Notes: generated from the sequence alone by a model not told the origin. Counted from the first letter of the whole stretch, positions 12,846 through 25,540 are shown. The stretch is 63,286 nt of DNA, filler included, from Octopus bimaculoides (GCF_001194135.2; 6 parts of 6 records of this genome joined end to end with filler, not necessarily neighbours in it), one strand, 5' to 3'. Numbers and translations: made by a program.

Positions 12846-13435
12846 ATATATATATATATAAAACATGCTAAAAATAATGGTCATTACATAGTTTTCCTTT
12901 ATTGGAGCAAATTTGCCCAGATTAATAATCCCACACTATTTATGTACATATATATATATATAGGTGCAGACACAACTATGTGCCTAGAAGTTTGCTTCCC
13001 AATCACACAATTTCTGCTTCAGTCCTACTCTGTGCCATCTTGGGCAAGTGTCTTTTATTTTAACTTTAGGTCGACCAAAAGCCATGTGAGTGGATTTGGT
13101 AGACAAAAACTGAAAGAAACTTGTTTTGTGTGTGTGTGTGTGTGTGTGTGTTACTATTCCCTTATACATTATTGGTTTACTTATTTTTCAGTATCAACAG
13201 TTCCCCTATTCCTTTTCTTGTTTAGAATATCATGATAGTTTTGAGAGTGTAGAATAGATGACTTCAAGTACACGGTCCTTACATGATCAGAGAGTGAAAA
13301 TAGAGCAGTAGTGAATGACTGCTTAATGACTAAATATTGTTATTCAAAATATAGGTTAGATAACATCAATTAGCACAATGTGTGTCATTGACTATGTGTC
13401 TCTGCAGATATTACTACCTACTTAATGATGAAGTA

Positions 13436-13650
13436 GAGGCACGTGGCTTGGTGGTTAGGGTGTTGGATTTATGATCATAAGATTGTGGTTTCAGTTCCTG
13501 GACTGGGTGATGCATTGTGTTCTTGAGCGAAACAATTCATTTCATGTTGCTCCAATCCACTCAGCTGGTAAGAATGAGTAATCCTGAGATGGACCAGTGT
13601 CCTGTTCAGAGAGGAAGATATACAATAGAGAAACCTGAAACTAGCCCTTT
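13436..13650 (+). repeat. tRNA-derived SINE family 2
   Basis: TGGCTT(A/G)GTGG A-box and GGTTTC(G/A)(A/G)TTCC B-box. Other + copies: 43075-43330, 56590-56750; - copies: 16600-16828, 17740-17955, 19590-19815, 49370-49560, 57560-57960. Confidence 0.82.
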
Positions 13651-13845
13651 GCCCCTTTTGAAGTAATGTGGACTAACCACTTAATGATAAAGGAAAGAGA
13701 CTAGACTGTCTAATTATACACCAATTCCGGTAAAATAGGTAATGTACAGTCTATTCAAAGAATCCCTAGTTACATTTCTTTGTGGATTTTGAGTCTGTTC
13801 CAAAGAAATCCTAGTCATATTTCTTCTTGTCCTCTGTAATTTCAG

Positions 13846-13941
13846 TGAAGCTCATGAACATCCTCTACTGGCTAAATGCGAACGTATTCCTGTAATTGTC
13901 TATGATACAGAACCAAGCTCCATAATTGCATATGCTCTCAG
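13846..13941 (+). CDS. PIKFYVE: PIKfyve exon (FEAHEHPLLAKCERIPVIVYDTEPSSIIAYALS)
   Basis: Boundaries tttcag| and |gtaagg; carries the diagnostic FAB1/PIKfyve motif 'ERVPI.V...EPSSIIA(F/Y)ALS' that precedes the PIPK domain. Confidence 0.95.
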
Positions 13942-14584
13942 GTAAGGCCCAGTTCATTGTTGTTCTTTCTTCTTTATTAATGATATCTGGGATATAAAAC
14001 CATTTATCGTTTCTTTGTTATTGTTTTGTGCTTAGTCAGCCCAAATCAAGAAAATTTATGATCAAGTGCATCCACCCATGACTTCCTATCTGGTTTTTGT
14101 GTGTATCTAAGACTGCCATTATCTGATGTATATTTCCTTTTTTAAGGTAGTAGACTGTGGTTTTCATTGATCAAGCACTTGATTTCTTTTACTGAAGCTA
14201 TAATTTTATTCTGTGATTTAGTGCCATATAAAAGTGTCTGTGCTGGTGCCATGTAAAACTGCCCGTGCCAGTGCCAGTGCCACATAAAAAGTACCCAGTA
14301 CACTCAGTAAAGTGGTTGACATTAGGAAGGGGATCCAGCCATAGAAATCATGCTAAAATAGACAACTGGAACCTGGGAAGCTGGCCAGCTCCTGTCAAAC
14401 CATCCAACCCATGCCAGCAGGGAAAACACAGACATCAACTCACTGCTATTGTCTAAGACTTATGAAACAGCATAACCTTTCCTAGTTAGTTAAATGATAA
14501 TGACGATTGAAGGTATTTTCTTGTAAAGGAACATAATATGTTCACAGGATGAAAAGGTGAAATAACTGACACGTTGTGTTAATA

Positions 14585-14805
14585 TGTAAGGTAACGGAGC
14601 TAGCAGAATCATTAGCACTCTGGACAAAATGCTTAGCAGCATTTCGTTCATCTTCACATTCTGAAACTGAATTCTACTGAGGCCAGCTTTGCCTTTCATC
14701 CTTTCAGGGTTGGTAAAATAAGTATCAGTTGATCACTGGGGTTGATGTAATTGACATACCCACTCCACCAAAATTACTGGCCTTGTGCCAAAATTTGAAG
14801 CCAAT
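14585..14805 (+). repeat. SINE family 3 (GAGTTCAAATTCC..GCCTTTCATCCTTTCGGGG)
   Basis: Other + copy: 54485-54690 (degenerate copy 3370-3560); - copies: 1855-2016, 5545-5757, 59690-59890. Confidence 0.8.
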
Positions 14806-14846
14806 ACTAAAATTAATAGTCTAACATTTATTAATTTTTCTTATAG

Positions 14847-14924
14847 CTCTCGGGATTATCATTGTCGACTCCAAGAAATTCAAAGCCAACTTGGTTCTGT
14901 ACAGAGAGACTCACCTTCTGCAAG
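14847..14924 (+). CDS. PIKFYVE: PIKfyve exon (SRDYHCRLQEIQSQLGSVQRDSPSA)
   Basis: Boundaries ttcttatag| and |gtaggt; phase 2 to 2; continues ALS-S-x-DY (vertebrate ALSCKEY). Confidence 0.9.
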
Positions 14925-15090
14925 GTAGGTTCAAACTATTATATTTAGTTTCATTTAGTTACAATTGCTGTTCTTTTTATGTGTGTCAGCTATACATATA
15001 TCATCTGCTGGTTAGTTATTATTGCTGTCACTGTATATATTACCTATAAAATATGATCTTAATGAAAAAGAAGAAAAAAAAAAATTTTTT

Positions 15091-15470
15091 GGCAGGAGTG
15101 GCTGTGTGGTAAGTAGCTTGCTTACGAACCACATGGTTCCGGGTTTAGTCCGACTGCATGGCACCTTGGGCAAGTGTCTTCTACTATAGCCTTGGGCCGA
15201 CCACCTTGTGAGTGGATTTGGTAGATGGAAACTGAAAGAAGCCCATATGTATATGTATATATATATATATATGTGTGTATGTTTGTCCCCGCAGCATCGC
15301 TTGACAAGTGATGCTGGTGTGTTTACGTCCCCGTAACTTAGTGGTTCGGCAAAAGAAACCGATAGAATAAGTACTAGGCTTACAAATAATAAGTCCTGGA
15401 GTCAATTTGCTTGACTAAAGGCGGTGCTCCAGCATGGCCGCAGTCAATTGACTGAAACAAATAAAAGAGA
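15091..15470 (+). repeat. tRNA-derived SINE family 1 (full copy)
   Basis: GGAGTGGCTGTGTGGT A-box, GGTTCCGGGTT(C/T)AGTCC B-box-like, central (TA)n, tail GACTGAAACAA..AAAAGAG. Other + copies: 7072-7270, 12962-13150, 29901-30285, 39154-39540, 42230-42420, 54899-55290, 55312-55865 (gapped), 56897-57275, 58585-58680; - copy 58830-58985. Confidence 0.85.
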
Positions 15471-17018
15471 GTAAATAAGTCAATATATGGTACTTCTTTG
15501 TAACATTCTATAATATGCTTATTTAGCTTGTGTGAATGTAGTATATTTTCAATTTAACAATTTGTTAAACTAGTAGTATACTTAACAGATAGTCTTACCA
15601 CAAAACCAGGAATGCTCACATTATTTTATACCTTTTTAATATTGTTACTTATTTTATTTCTGCATTTATCTATTTATTAAGTAGACTCAAAGAAGTATAA
15701 TTCCTTTATTTTAATTTTAAAAAGAAAATTATTTTTGCTGCTTTTAACCAGTTGTGAAATAAATAATTTCCTCTTGAGTAATAAATTGATACCCAAAATT
15801 AATAATCACTTTTGCTAGTGTTTATTAAATTAGTAGCTGTTTGAGCTACTGCTATCATTTTAATTTTCATCTGACTTGTTATATTCTCACATCCAGAAAT
15901 GGACCTTGTCTGAAATACTATGAGTTACTGTGACTAATAAAATATGTATATTAAAACTATTTGTTACACCTGAATATGATTTGAGAATATATCAATTGAA
16001 TTATTGTGTAAATAAAATCAAAGAATATTACATAGAAGCTTAATTAGTCTTTATTATTCTTAGAAATATAGCCATGTAATATAATTATGTAACTTTTTAT
16101 TTTCAAGTAAACATTGGGATTTATATTCTACTGTGGTACTTTTAATTGATTTTTAATTCATTACTTTGGCATGAGAAAGTGCATCCAGCCATAGAAGCCA
16201 TATCACAACAGACCTTGGGGTCTGGTGCAATCCTCTGGCTGTTGTCAAACTGTCCAAACGGAAAACAAATGTTAAATGATGATGACAATAATACTTTGAT
16301 CCTCATATGTATAGAGGACTTAGCCACTGTGTAATATTCTTTCAGTTGTGGTTTCCAGTTTGGGTGATAATCTTAATCTGTATTTGGCTTAACATCACCA
16401 CCTGGCCCTTAGGTGCCTTTTGCAGAGTCCACTCTGTTGCAAACATTCAAACCAGATCTTTCATTTGAATATAACTCAATATGTTGATACACTATACTCT
16501 TCCATTCCTTATATTATACAACAAACCACAGACTTTCCAAACAATATATATTACCTAATAATAAATTTAAACAATAAACTATGATTGGTTGACATTACTC
16601 TGTAAGGAGCATAGAGCTGGTTTCCTTGTTTCTCTGGCATATATATTCCTCCCTGGATGGGACACCAGTCTATCACAAGATTACTCATTTTTACTAGATG
16701 AGTGGACTGGAGCAACGTGAAATGAAGTGTTTTGCTAAAAAACACAACACATCGCCCAGTCCAGGAATCGAAACCACAATCTTACGATCATGAGTCCAAC
16801 ACTCTAACCACTAAACCATGTGCCTCCATTAAGCCATGTGCATCCTTTAAGCCATGTGCATTTTTGAAGCTATGCACCTCCATTAATCCATGTGCCTCCA
16901 TACAATAAACCACATCCAGTTCATTTTCAGAAGTTATAGAAAATATATTTGTTTCCATTTAAAAAGTTCCAGGCCTTACATTGAGATTAAACATTAATCT
17001 ATATTATTTTAACTTCAG

Positions 17019-17113
17019 TCCAGAACATCAACGGAGAAACCTGAAGGCTGAAAATGCAAGGAATCTTCCTCTGAAGACTTCTACTGTAGGTTTGAATTCT
17101 AACCCTGAGCAAG
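17019..17113 (+). CDS. PIKFYVE: PIKfyve exon, last one found (SPEHQRRNLKAENARNLPLKTSTVGLNSNPEQ)
   Basis: Boundaries aacttcag| and |gtaact; phase 2 to 1, open; low-conservation region, so supported by phase and splice signals only. Confidence 0.72.
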
Positions 17114-18098
17114 GTAACTGATTTTTAAATACTTTGATTTTACTGTATTGTAACTATTATATCTTAGTAGAGCATAAACCAGTATACTAACACAATGTCT
17201 ACCTTTTGTTATCTTAAATAGTTTAGCTTCTATGATCATCATGGTGTTAATGTATCAGTAATAATGAAGATTGTATTACTGTATAGCTCATTAGATGAAA
17301 TATTATCAGTTCATCTAATTTTTTGTAATTTTGTATTATATAATTTTTATGATTTATAATTCATTTAATTTTGTATAACTTTTGTTAATTGATATTTTTA
17401 TCAAAACGGCCAATGTTCCCTTTGAATACATTTATCTTATATCTTAGCCTGTATAACACACTTGAAACAATGTTTATACTGAATTTTTTTTGCCAAAGTG
17501 AAGCCCCATTTGCTATATAGTTGTTATATCGATATCATTGAACAGGCCTAGTCATCCATCTTTAAGCTGATCTAAGGCATGGATACAGACAAGCAAGTAC
17601 CTAGGAGTTCATAATTGCAAAATTGCAAAAACACATACACACACACACACACACATCACTGTACTGACCAGACTATTGGATGATGTTATAGACCACTGGT
17701 CACATTGCATTTTCTTGTATTGTTGTAGCTGTTTGAATGATGCTACCCCACTGGCTAGGCAAGCAAGCCAACATTCCTCATGAATGCAATGCCAATCTAT
17801 CTAAAAGTTGCTCATTTTGACAGCTGAGTGGACTGGAGCAAAGTGAAACACAGTGTTTTGCTCAAAAACACAGCACATCGCTTGGTCTGGTAATCAAAAC
17901 CCATGATCTTGCAATCATAAATGCAACACCCTAACCACTAGGCCATGTGCTTTCACAAACACACATGTAAAACTAATAGCATTTTCTTGTGTACTAGAAT
18001 TTGTGGATATGCAACTGAATATACTTACCAGCTATGTACTATTACATATTTGTTATATAAATATATTTATTCACTGTTGAAGTATTTACATCATACAC

Positions 18099-18144
<46 letters not shown>

Positions 18145-19829
18145 TTTGATCTTACTACTGTAGGTTCTATTTTGCTTCCCCCTATAAACTGGAGTGTTAT
18201 AGCTAAGGTTAGCAAATACAGAGTATAGGGCAGCAAATGCAAGCTCATCATCACCAAAAAACTAAATATAACATCAACAGTGAACGTTATTAACATGAGG
18301 GAGGAAACCTCTACCTGTGAACACAAGTAACAATTCATGCATCAAAATTTCAAGCATGATCCTGACTCCCACTACCCACCCACTTCACCACCCATTCAAC
18401 CTGGATAAGTTCTTCTCTAGACATTGATTATATTCATTATATGTACATTGTGCTTCAAAGACACAGACCCACCCCCATAAACTTATGCTGGATTTTCTCA
18501 TTACACAGATATATATATATACATATGCATTGCACATATTCATGACATCATATAATTCACAGGAAAAAATACATATATACACAAACTTAGGAAGTCAAAA
18601 ACTCCACAATAATGTGCACATACTCAAACACAAACAAAATGCATAATGCAGGTGTGTGTGTGTGTGTATCTATCCATTTATCTATACATACACACGTACA
18701 TGTGCTTATGTGTGTGAGTGTGTATGTGTGCACATATTTTGTATGGATATGCATGTGCACAAACGTCCTCACATAAACTGATTAAGACCTTTCATGAGCT
18801 GTATATTTCTTTATCCCCAAATCTCATACAGTCTTGTGTAACTTCATATATTTTCATCCAAAATGGAGATGAGTACCAATGTTCCTATGTGCCAGGTCTG
18901 ATAATTGTTAATAGATTTCTCTTCACATGAAACCATTGGTAACTTTGTTAACCAACAAATAAAAAAAAAAAAGTATACACACATACACATAGCATTAAGT
19001 GTACTGAAGACTGCTTTATTTAAAGTATTTAATATGACATATATAAAGAGGAATTTGATGGAGTGTGCAAGAAAGACAACAATACAGGTATGGGCATATG
19101 GTGCATATGGAAGATGTCAGTTTTTTAAAAATAAGTTTCAAGCATTCTAAATGGATAGATCTCATGGAAGAGGAAAACTGGAGAAGTCAGGAGATGATGC
19201 GGTGAAGATTAAGGCTGTACATCATAAAAGAGATGAGAAAGAATCAAGTCACCTGGTGAGGTTACCTAAGAATTGCACACGTCAGAACCAACAACTACTA
19301 TCTCTTATTATTAAAGAAATAATCTCTCTTTTTGCCTTTCCTTCCTCTGCTGCTGATCTCATTATCAATTTACCTCTTATTTTCATACTCTACCATATTT
19401 TAGCATGTATAAGGAACCCTTTTTTTTTGTCAAAAATTAGGTTAAAATATCTGGGAGTTTCTTATACATGAATAGTATTATAATCCCTTACAAAACCTTT
19501 TTCCAAATTAGGGGGTTCTTTATACACATTAAAATATGGTATTTTCTTCATTTACTACACAAAGTAAAGTAAGGTTCCTTCCTGAATTATATAGACTCAT
19601 AGGGCCAGTTTCCTGTTTCCATGGTGTATGTATTCCCCATGTGGACAGGATGCTGTCCATTGCAAGATTACTCATTTTTGCCTGCTGAGTGGACTGGAGC
19701 AATGTGAAATGAAGTGTTTTGCTCAAGAATACAATACATCACCCAGTCCAAGAATCAAAACCACAATCTTACGATCATGAGTCCAACACCCTAACCACTA
19801 AGCCATGTGCTTCCATGCTACACAAACCC

Positions 19830-20780
19830 TATCATTTTAATTGTCCTGTCGACTGCTTGATAGACTCATATGATTTCCTGTTGCTACCCTGCCATCGCAT
19901 ATCTAGGATACCAGCAATGGCTTTAACCTTCAGAATTTCTTTTCCCGGTCATTGACTCACACATTTCCTGTTCACCATGGGTGTAAAATCCTTATACTCT
20001 GTCGTCCCCCATAATGATATACTTTTAACTCTTAAACATTTTTTTAAACACTGTTCTTCACTTGAACTCAGTATCACCTCCCCAGCTTAGCTGAACTCAT
20101 TCTTTCCTTCAACTGTTTTGCCTTCTCTAGTAAGTTCTGTTAGTAAACTATCAGGATGACCATGGCAACTAAGATACTAACATTCTTTTGGGCTGTATTG
20201 AGACCCAGATCTGTGCTCTGTTTTCTTCACCTTAGCCTATACTTCTATGATCATTACAGTGATGACTATATCAGCATTACTGTATTCCCTACAAATTAAC
20301 TTATTGTTTTCTTAGCTTTTTTTACCTTTCATTTTTACCACTCTTTAGAATACATCTATAGCAGCTCCAATATTTCTGCTACTGTCATCCATATCTCTGT
20401 TACTTATTTATAACTCTCTCATTTTCACCTCTGTTCACTGTAAAGATACTCCTTCATCTACCTTGACCTTTTCTCCTCTACTCTTCTCACTAAAACTACC
20501 ATCCTATTCTCACAATTTTTTTACCATGTCAACCATGTAGTAAAAGTTCAGAATTTCTTTCCAAGTCTGATTAAATGCATCATTTCTTCCTCAAATGTCA
20601 TTGTACTTGGGCTACAGATATGCTCCACCATAACCCTTTCTGTCTCAGGTCATTTGTTACCGACATCCCTCACTCTCACCACTGTCCACCTCCATTATTA
20701 TCCTCCACACTCTCTTTCTGTCTCTCTCTACAACTTTCTGCCCCTGTCCTGATCATTACTGTCTCTTTAGTTCACCTTCT
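19830..20780 (-). mobile_element. Highly degenerate RTE-like LINE fragment
   Basis: Purine-rich - strand with remnant EN-RT linker peptides; many stops. Confidence 0.45.
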
Positions 20781-21174
20781 CAGTCACTTTGATTTCAGTT
20801 AACAAATACATTTTAGAGTAATGAAAACTCTTTAATCTCACAGAATGTAAAATGTGGTATGACGTCAGTGTCTGGGGAGGCTGACCGGAAGGGCGAGTTG
20901 ACCGGAAGGGGAAAAAGGGCAGAGGGAGCCTCGATCGGGATTCGTGCCCTTTTCGAACGGGGTTGTGGTCAGGACAAGATGTATTAAGCGATGGTCTAGG
21001 TTTGGGAGAAGCAGCTGCTATTCCTGGTGTACTTTGGGTCGGGGCAAGCTTCAAGGATTGGATACCGCAAGACAAACTCGCAGTCGAGGAAAGGAAAACC
21101 GAGGTAAGGCGATTACATCTACTCGTACGCACACACCACAAGCTGTTTCGGCCCCATGTGCAGAAATTCGCCGC

Positions 21175-21274
21175 NNNNNNNNNNNNNNNNNNNNNNNNNN
21201 NNNNNNNNNNNNNNNNNNTTAATTAATTAANNNNNNNNNNNNNNNNNNNNNNNNNNNNNNNNNNNNNNNNNNNN
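21175..21274. other. Assembly spacer N44-TTAATTAATTAA-N44; similar spacers centred at 47937, 53935, 58527, 62183
   Basis: Identical 12-mer (stops in all six frames) between N runs at five places; the one counted is exactly 100 nt; not biological. Confidence 0.9.
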
Positions 21275-21415
21275 TGTCGTTGGTTAGCTCCAAGAGGCCA
21301 TCACCTCTAGTTAGCTATGTGACACACGAACCTGTGTCCATTATAACCTTTGACAGTTAAGGGATCGGGGGAACCCTGTCAAAGGCTTTCTCCAAGTCCA
21401 TAAAAGCCAAGTATA
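21275..21415 (-). mobile_element. Inverted RTE RT fragment
   Basis: - strand encodes LAFMDLEKAFDRVP. Confidence 0.75.
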
Positions 21416-22735
21416 GGGGTTAACAGCATAGCTACAATTATCTCTGCCTATGCCCCACAAGCGGGCCTACCAAATGATCAGAAGGACCATTTTTATGATA
21501 CCCTTCTACAGGCTACCTCAAAGATGAGTGGCAATGACCTCATCTTTGTGGCTTGAGATTTTAATGGGCATGTTGGACAGCAATCTGGTATCTTCACTGG
21601 TGTACATGGGAGCCATGGTATTGGTTCCCGAAATGATGAGGGAACTAGGCTATTGGAGTTCTGTGATGCATGTAACCTTTAAATCTGCAACACTAACATC
21701 AGGAAGCCAGACGGACACCTGATAACCTATCAATAATGTGACTCTTCTAGCCAGATTGATTTCATCCTCACCAAACAGTGGGATACAGGGTTGCTCTTAA
21801 ACACAAAGACTCTCCCGGGTGAAGAACGTACCCCCCCAGCATAGACTAGTCATTAGAGACTTTAGACTCAAGGCCAAAAGGATGCCAAGAAGCAGACCAA
21901 TCCAGAAAAGAAGGATTTGGAAGCTAAAGAACCTTTCACATGGTCAGAGATTTAGGGACATCCTCATCAAAAAATTTGATGAGAGGGAGGAGGAGTTATA
22001 CATCTCGAACATAGAAGGTAGCTGGAAATTCCTACGGGACAGTTTACTGAGTGCCACAGACCAAGTCTGCGGATGATGCAAAGTCCCTTCCAGACCTAGA
22101 GTAACATGGTCGTGGAATAATACAGTAGACAAAGCCATTAGAGCAAAGAAACAGGCATGGAAAGCCTAGAAGAGTAGGGATAGCAGGGAACTGTACCAGA
22201 TGGCCAGAAGGGAGGCTGAAAAGAAGTTTGCTAATGTCCAGCAATGTGAGGACCAAAGAACTGAAGTATTTCAGATTGTAAGACAGTTTGTGAGAGAAAA
22301 TTGTTATGTCACAGGAGAGAAATGTGTCCATATGGATGATGGTGCACTTGCTCTTAATGATTCGGAAAAGAAAGAGGCTTGGAGAAGCCATTATGAAAGA
22401 CTGCTCAACATGGAGAATGAATGGGAAGAGGAGAGCCTGCCAAATGTTAACCCAGAAGAGGGACCAGCTATCCGAATAGACAGCACCATGGTAGATAAAG
22501 CAATTAAGAGTATGAGGCCAGGAAAAGCCTCCAGCCCATCAGGAATCACTGCAGAGATGCTTAAAACATCTGGTGGTGTGGGCTAGGGCCTAGTCACCCA
22601 TATTGTAAACCAGGTAGTTCATGATGGTGTGGCAGCACCATAGTGAACTGCTACAAGGGTAAAGGTGATGCTTTAAATAGCAATAACTACAAGGGTATCA
22701 AACTGCTGAATCAGGTGATTAAGGTCACAGAAGGG
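21416..22735 (+). mobile_element. RTE-clade LINE fragment (APE endonuclease C-terminal half to RT start), degenerate
   Basis: TIISAYAPQ, DFNGHVG, G.GSRNDEG.RLLEFC, SQIDFIL, QHRLVIRDF, KEAWRSHYERLLN.EN, KASSPSGITAEMLK, YKGIKLL. Confidence 0.9.
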
Positions 22736-22774
22736 TCATAGCATGAAAACGGCCACGCTCGGAATGGTGTCTTT

Positions 22775-23850
22775 TATGTGCCACCCGCACAAGAGCCAGT
22801 CCAGGGGCACTGGCAACGGTCTCGCTCGAAAGATATCACGTGTTGCCCGCACATGAGCCAGTCCAGGGGCACTGGCAANNNNNNNNNNNNNNNNNNNNNN
22901 NNNNNNNNNNNNNNNNNNNNNNNNNNNNNNNNNNNNNNNNNNNNNNNNNNNNNNNNNNNNNNNNNNNNNNNNNNNNNNNNNNNNNNNNNNNNNNNNNNNN
23001 NNNNNNNNNNNNNNNNNNNNNNNNNNNNNNNNNNNNNNNNNNNNNNNNNNNNNNNNNNNNNNNNNNNNNNNNNNNNNNNNNNNNNNNNNNNNNNNNNNNN
23101 NNNNNNNNNNNNNNNNNNNNNNNNNNNNNNNNNNNNNNNNNNNNNNNNNNNNNNNNNNNNNNNNNNNNNNNNNNNNNNNNNNNNNNNNNNNNNNNNNNNN
23201 NNNNNNNNNNNNNNNNNNNNNNNNNNNNNNNNNNNNNNNNNNNNNNNNNNNNNNNNNNNNNNNNNNNNNNNNNNNNNNNNNNNNNNNNNNNNNNNNNNNN
23301 NNNNNNNNNNNNNNNNNNNNNNNNNNNNNNNNNNNNNNNNNNNNNNNNNNNNNNNNNNNNNNNNNNNNNNNNNNNNNNNNNNNNNNNNNNNNNNNNNNNN
23401 NNNNNNNNNNNNNNNNNNNNNNNNNNNNNNNNNNNNNNNNNNNNNNNNNNNNNNNNNNNNNNNNNNNNNNNNNNNNNNNNNNNNNNNNNNNNNNNNNNNN
23501 NNNNNNNNNNNNNNNNNNNNNNNNNNNNNNNNNNNNNNNGTGTCGCCCGCACATGAGCCAGTCCGGGGGCACCGGCAACGACCTCGCTCGAAAAAACCTG
23601 TGTCACCCGCAAGCCGGCCCAGGGGCACCGGCAACGATCTCGCTCGAAAGATTTCATGTGTCGCCCGCACATGAGCCAGTCCAGGGGCACTGGCAATGAT
23701 CCCGCTCGAAACATTTCATGTGTCACCTGCACAAGAGCCAGTCCAGGGGCACTGGCAACGGTCTCGCTCGAAAGATATCACGTGTTGCCCGCACATGAGC
23801 CAGTCCAGGGGCACTGGCAACAATCCCGCTCGAAAGATTTCTTGTGTCGC
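22775..23850. repeat. GC-rich 62-bp minisatellite on both sides of a 661-N gap
   Basis: GTCCAGGGGCAC recurs at 22799, 22861, 23679, 23741, 23803 (period 62). Confidence 0.92.
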
Positions 23851-24049
23851 CTTTATTATTAAGGAATTTTGGGGGCTTTCTAATTTCACTACACAATTTA
23901 GAAGGTTATAATTAATCCCCATGCTATTTCTATATACTTCATTGTCAAGTATGAGCATTTTAATCAGGCCATTAGGTACACCAGAATTAGTAGAAGTCAG
24001 TATAATAACATCACCCAGACTTCTCTTACTTATACTGCTATATGTTCAA

Positions 24050-25540
24050 GAAACCTCATTATCATCATCATTATTTTATACGTCAATAAACCACTGAAAC
24101 AGTGCTTATGGTACTTAAATTTTTCAACAAGATGGATAAGGTCAAAGTTAATTTCTCAATGAACAATATCCCCATCCACAGCAAGGACTTGTATATGGGC
24201 CTACTCATACATAAAACCAACAAGTTTGTATGAAGAATAAGGTGGAAGGCATACCATTGGGAAATTAAGAATAAAACTAATAACTACAGAACAAATGACT
24301 GCGATAGCAACTTAAATAAGATCTTCAGTTGCAGAAGGAACCCCACCCCCAACCAACTATTTGAAGGATTTTAAAATGACATCTTCCAGATGATCTCAAA
24401 TGTTAAATTTGGGAATCACTCATTTCAGAAAAACCATACCAAAGAAAGCTTATGGATTTTATAAAAAGTCTGAAAACCAAGCCTGGACTGATTATACCAG
24501 CTGACAAAACAGGAAACTTATATAGGATTGATTATAGCACATATAGAACCCTTATACTCAAGGAACTAAATGCTAAGTACAAAGTTATGAATGAAAGAAC
24601 CCTAAAAAAGATAAACTCTGAGGTGAAGAAAACCATGGAGGATCTTAAACTATCTGATAGAACTGAACCCATTTACACCCTGCAAACCTCAGATTACTTT
24701 ATAAGACCATAAGGAATGTTTTTAGGAAAGACCTTCATTTAAACTCATGGGTCTTACCAGATCAGATATTGGTTAACTTAAGAAGTCTATCCTAGATAAG
24801 ATTATACCAAAATTTATTCCAAAAATTCAACTTGAATTACGGTCTAACACCAAGGAAGTTATCTCCTGGTTTAAATCGTTACAGAATTGAAGTACTCATT
24901 CCTTCAATTTGATATAAATGCATACTATTCAAATGCATACTATTCCCCTATAGTCCTAAATAAGGCCCTTATTTTTGCAAGAAACTTCACATCCATGACA
25001 AAGAATAAGATTGATATTATTCTACTAGCTAGAGGAACTGTAATTGAATTTGAAGGTAGGTTGTGGACGAAAGGCAATACCCCTGACAACTTTGATATAG
25101 CCACGGGGTCGAGTGACTCAGCCCAGGCTACTGACATTGTAGGAATCTACCTTTTACATTGCTTCACTAAAGAATTCCCAGATCTTCATGGTGGTCTTTA
25201 TAGGGATGACATGGCTCTTATTACCTACTAATAGTAAAGTTATACTAGAAAGAACACGTAAAAAAAATTAGAAAATTCATCTGTAATTTTAACTCTGACT
25301 TAACTTTTGAACAAGGAACAAAAATAGTTAACTTCTTAGACATCTCATTAAACCTTAAATCCAGACTATAATACCCCTAGAGAAAATCAGAGGAAACCAC
25401 TAGAAATGTTAGCAAATTCTCCAATCACCCCACTCCATAATTAATTCTTTCATAAAAGGTATTTCACATAGAATTATGCAACTTTCAGCTAATGAAGATA
25501 TTTGTAATTCATACTCTTATTTTTTTATAATTTGGCTCTT
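24050..25540 (+). mobile_element. Degenerate Penelope-like element, N-terminus plus RT (Naiad-like)
   Basis: Peptides IRWKA, IIPADKTGNLY, FLQFDINAYY, GSSDSAQATDIVGIYLL and GLYRDDMAL are typical PLE RT motifs; multiple stops and frameshifts. Confidence 0.88.

Noticed and set aside
13436-13510. tRNA genes at SINE heads
   Set aside because: No acceptor stem closure; they run on into the SINE body and occur in many diverged copies
19049-19256. Next PIKfyve exons (19049-19087 or 19157-19255)
   Set aside because: Weak acceptor and phases do not chain; the region translates to a decayed LINE C-terminus (RYGHMVHMED..GRGK)
22775-23850. CRISPR array
   Set aside because: Contiguous tandem units with no unique spacers, no cas genes, eukaryotic context
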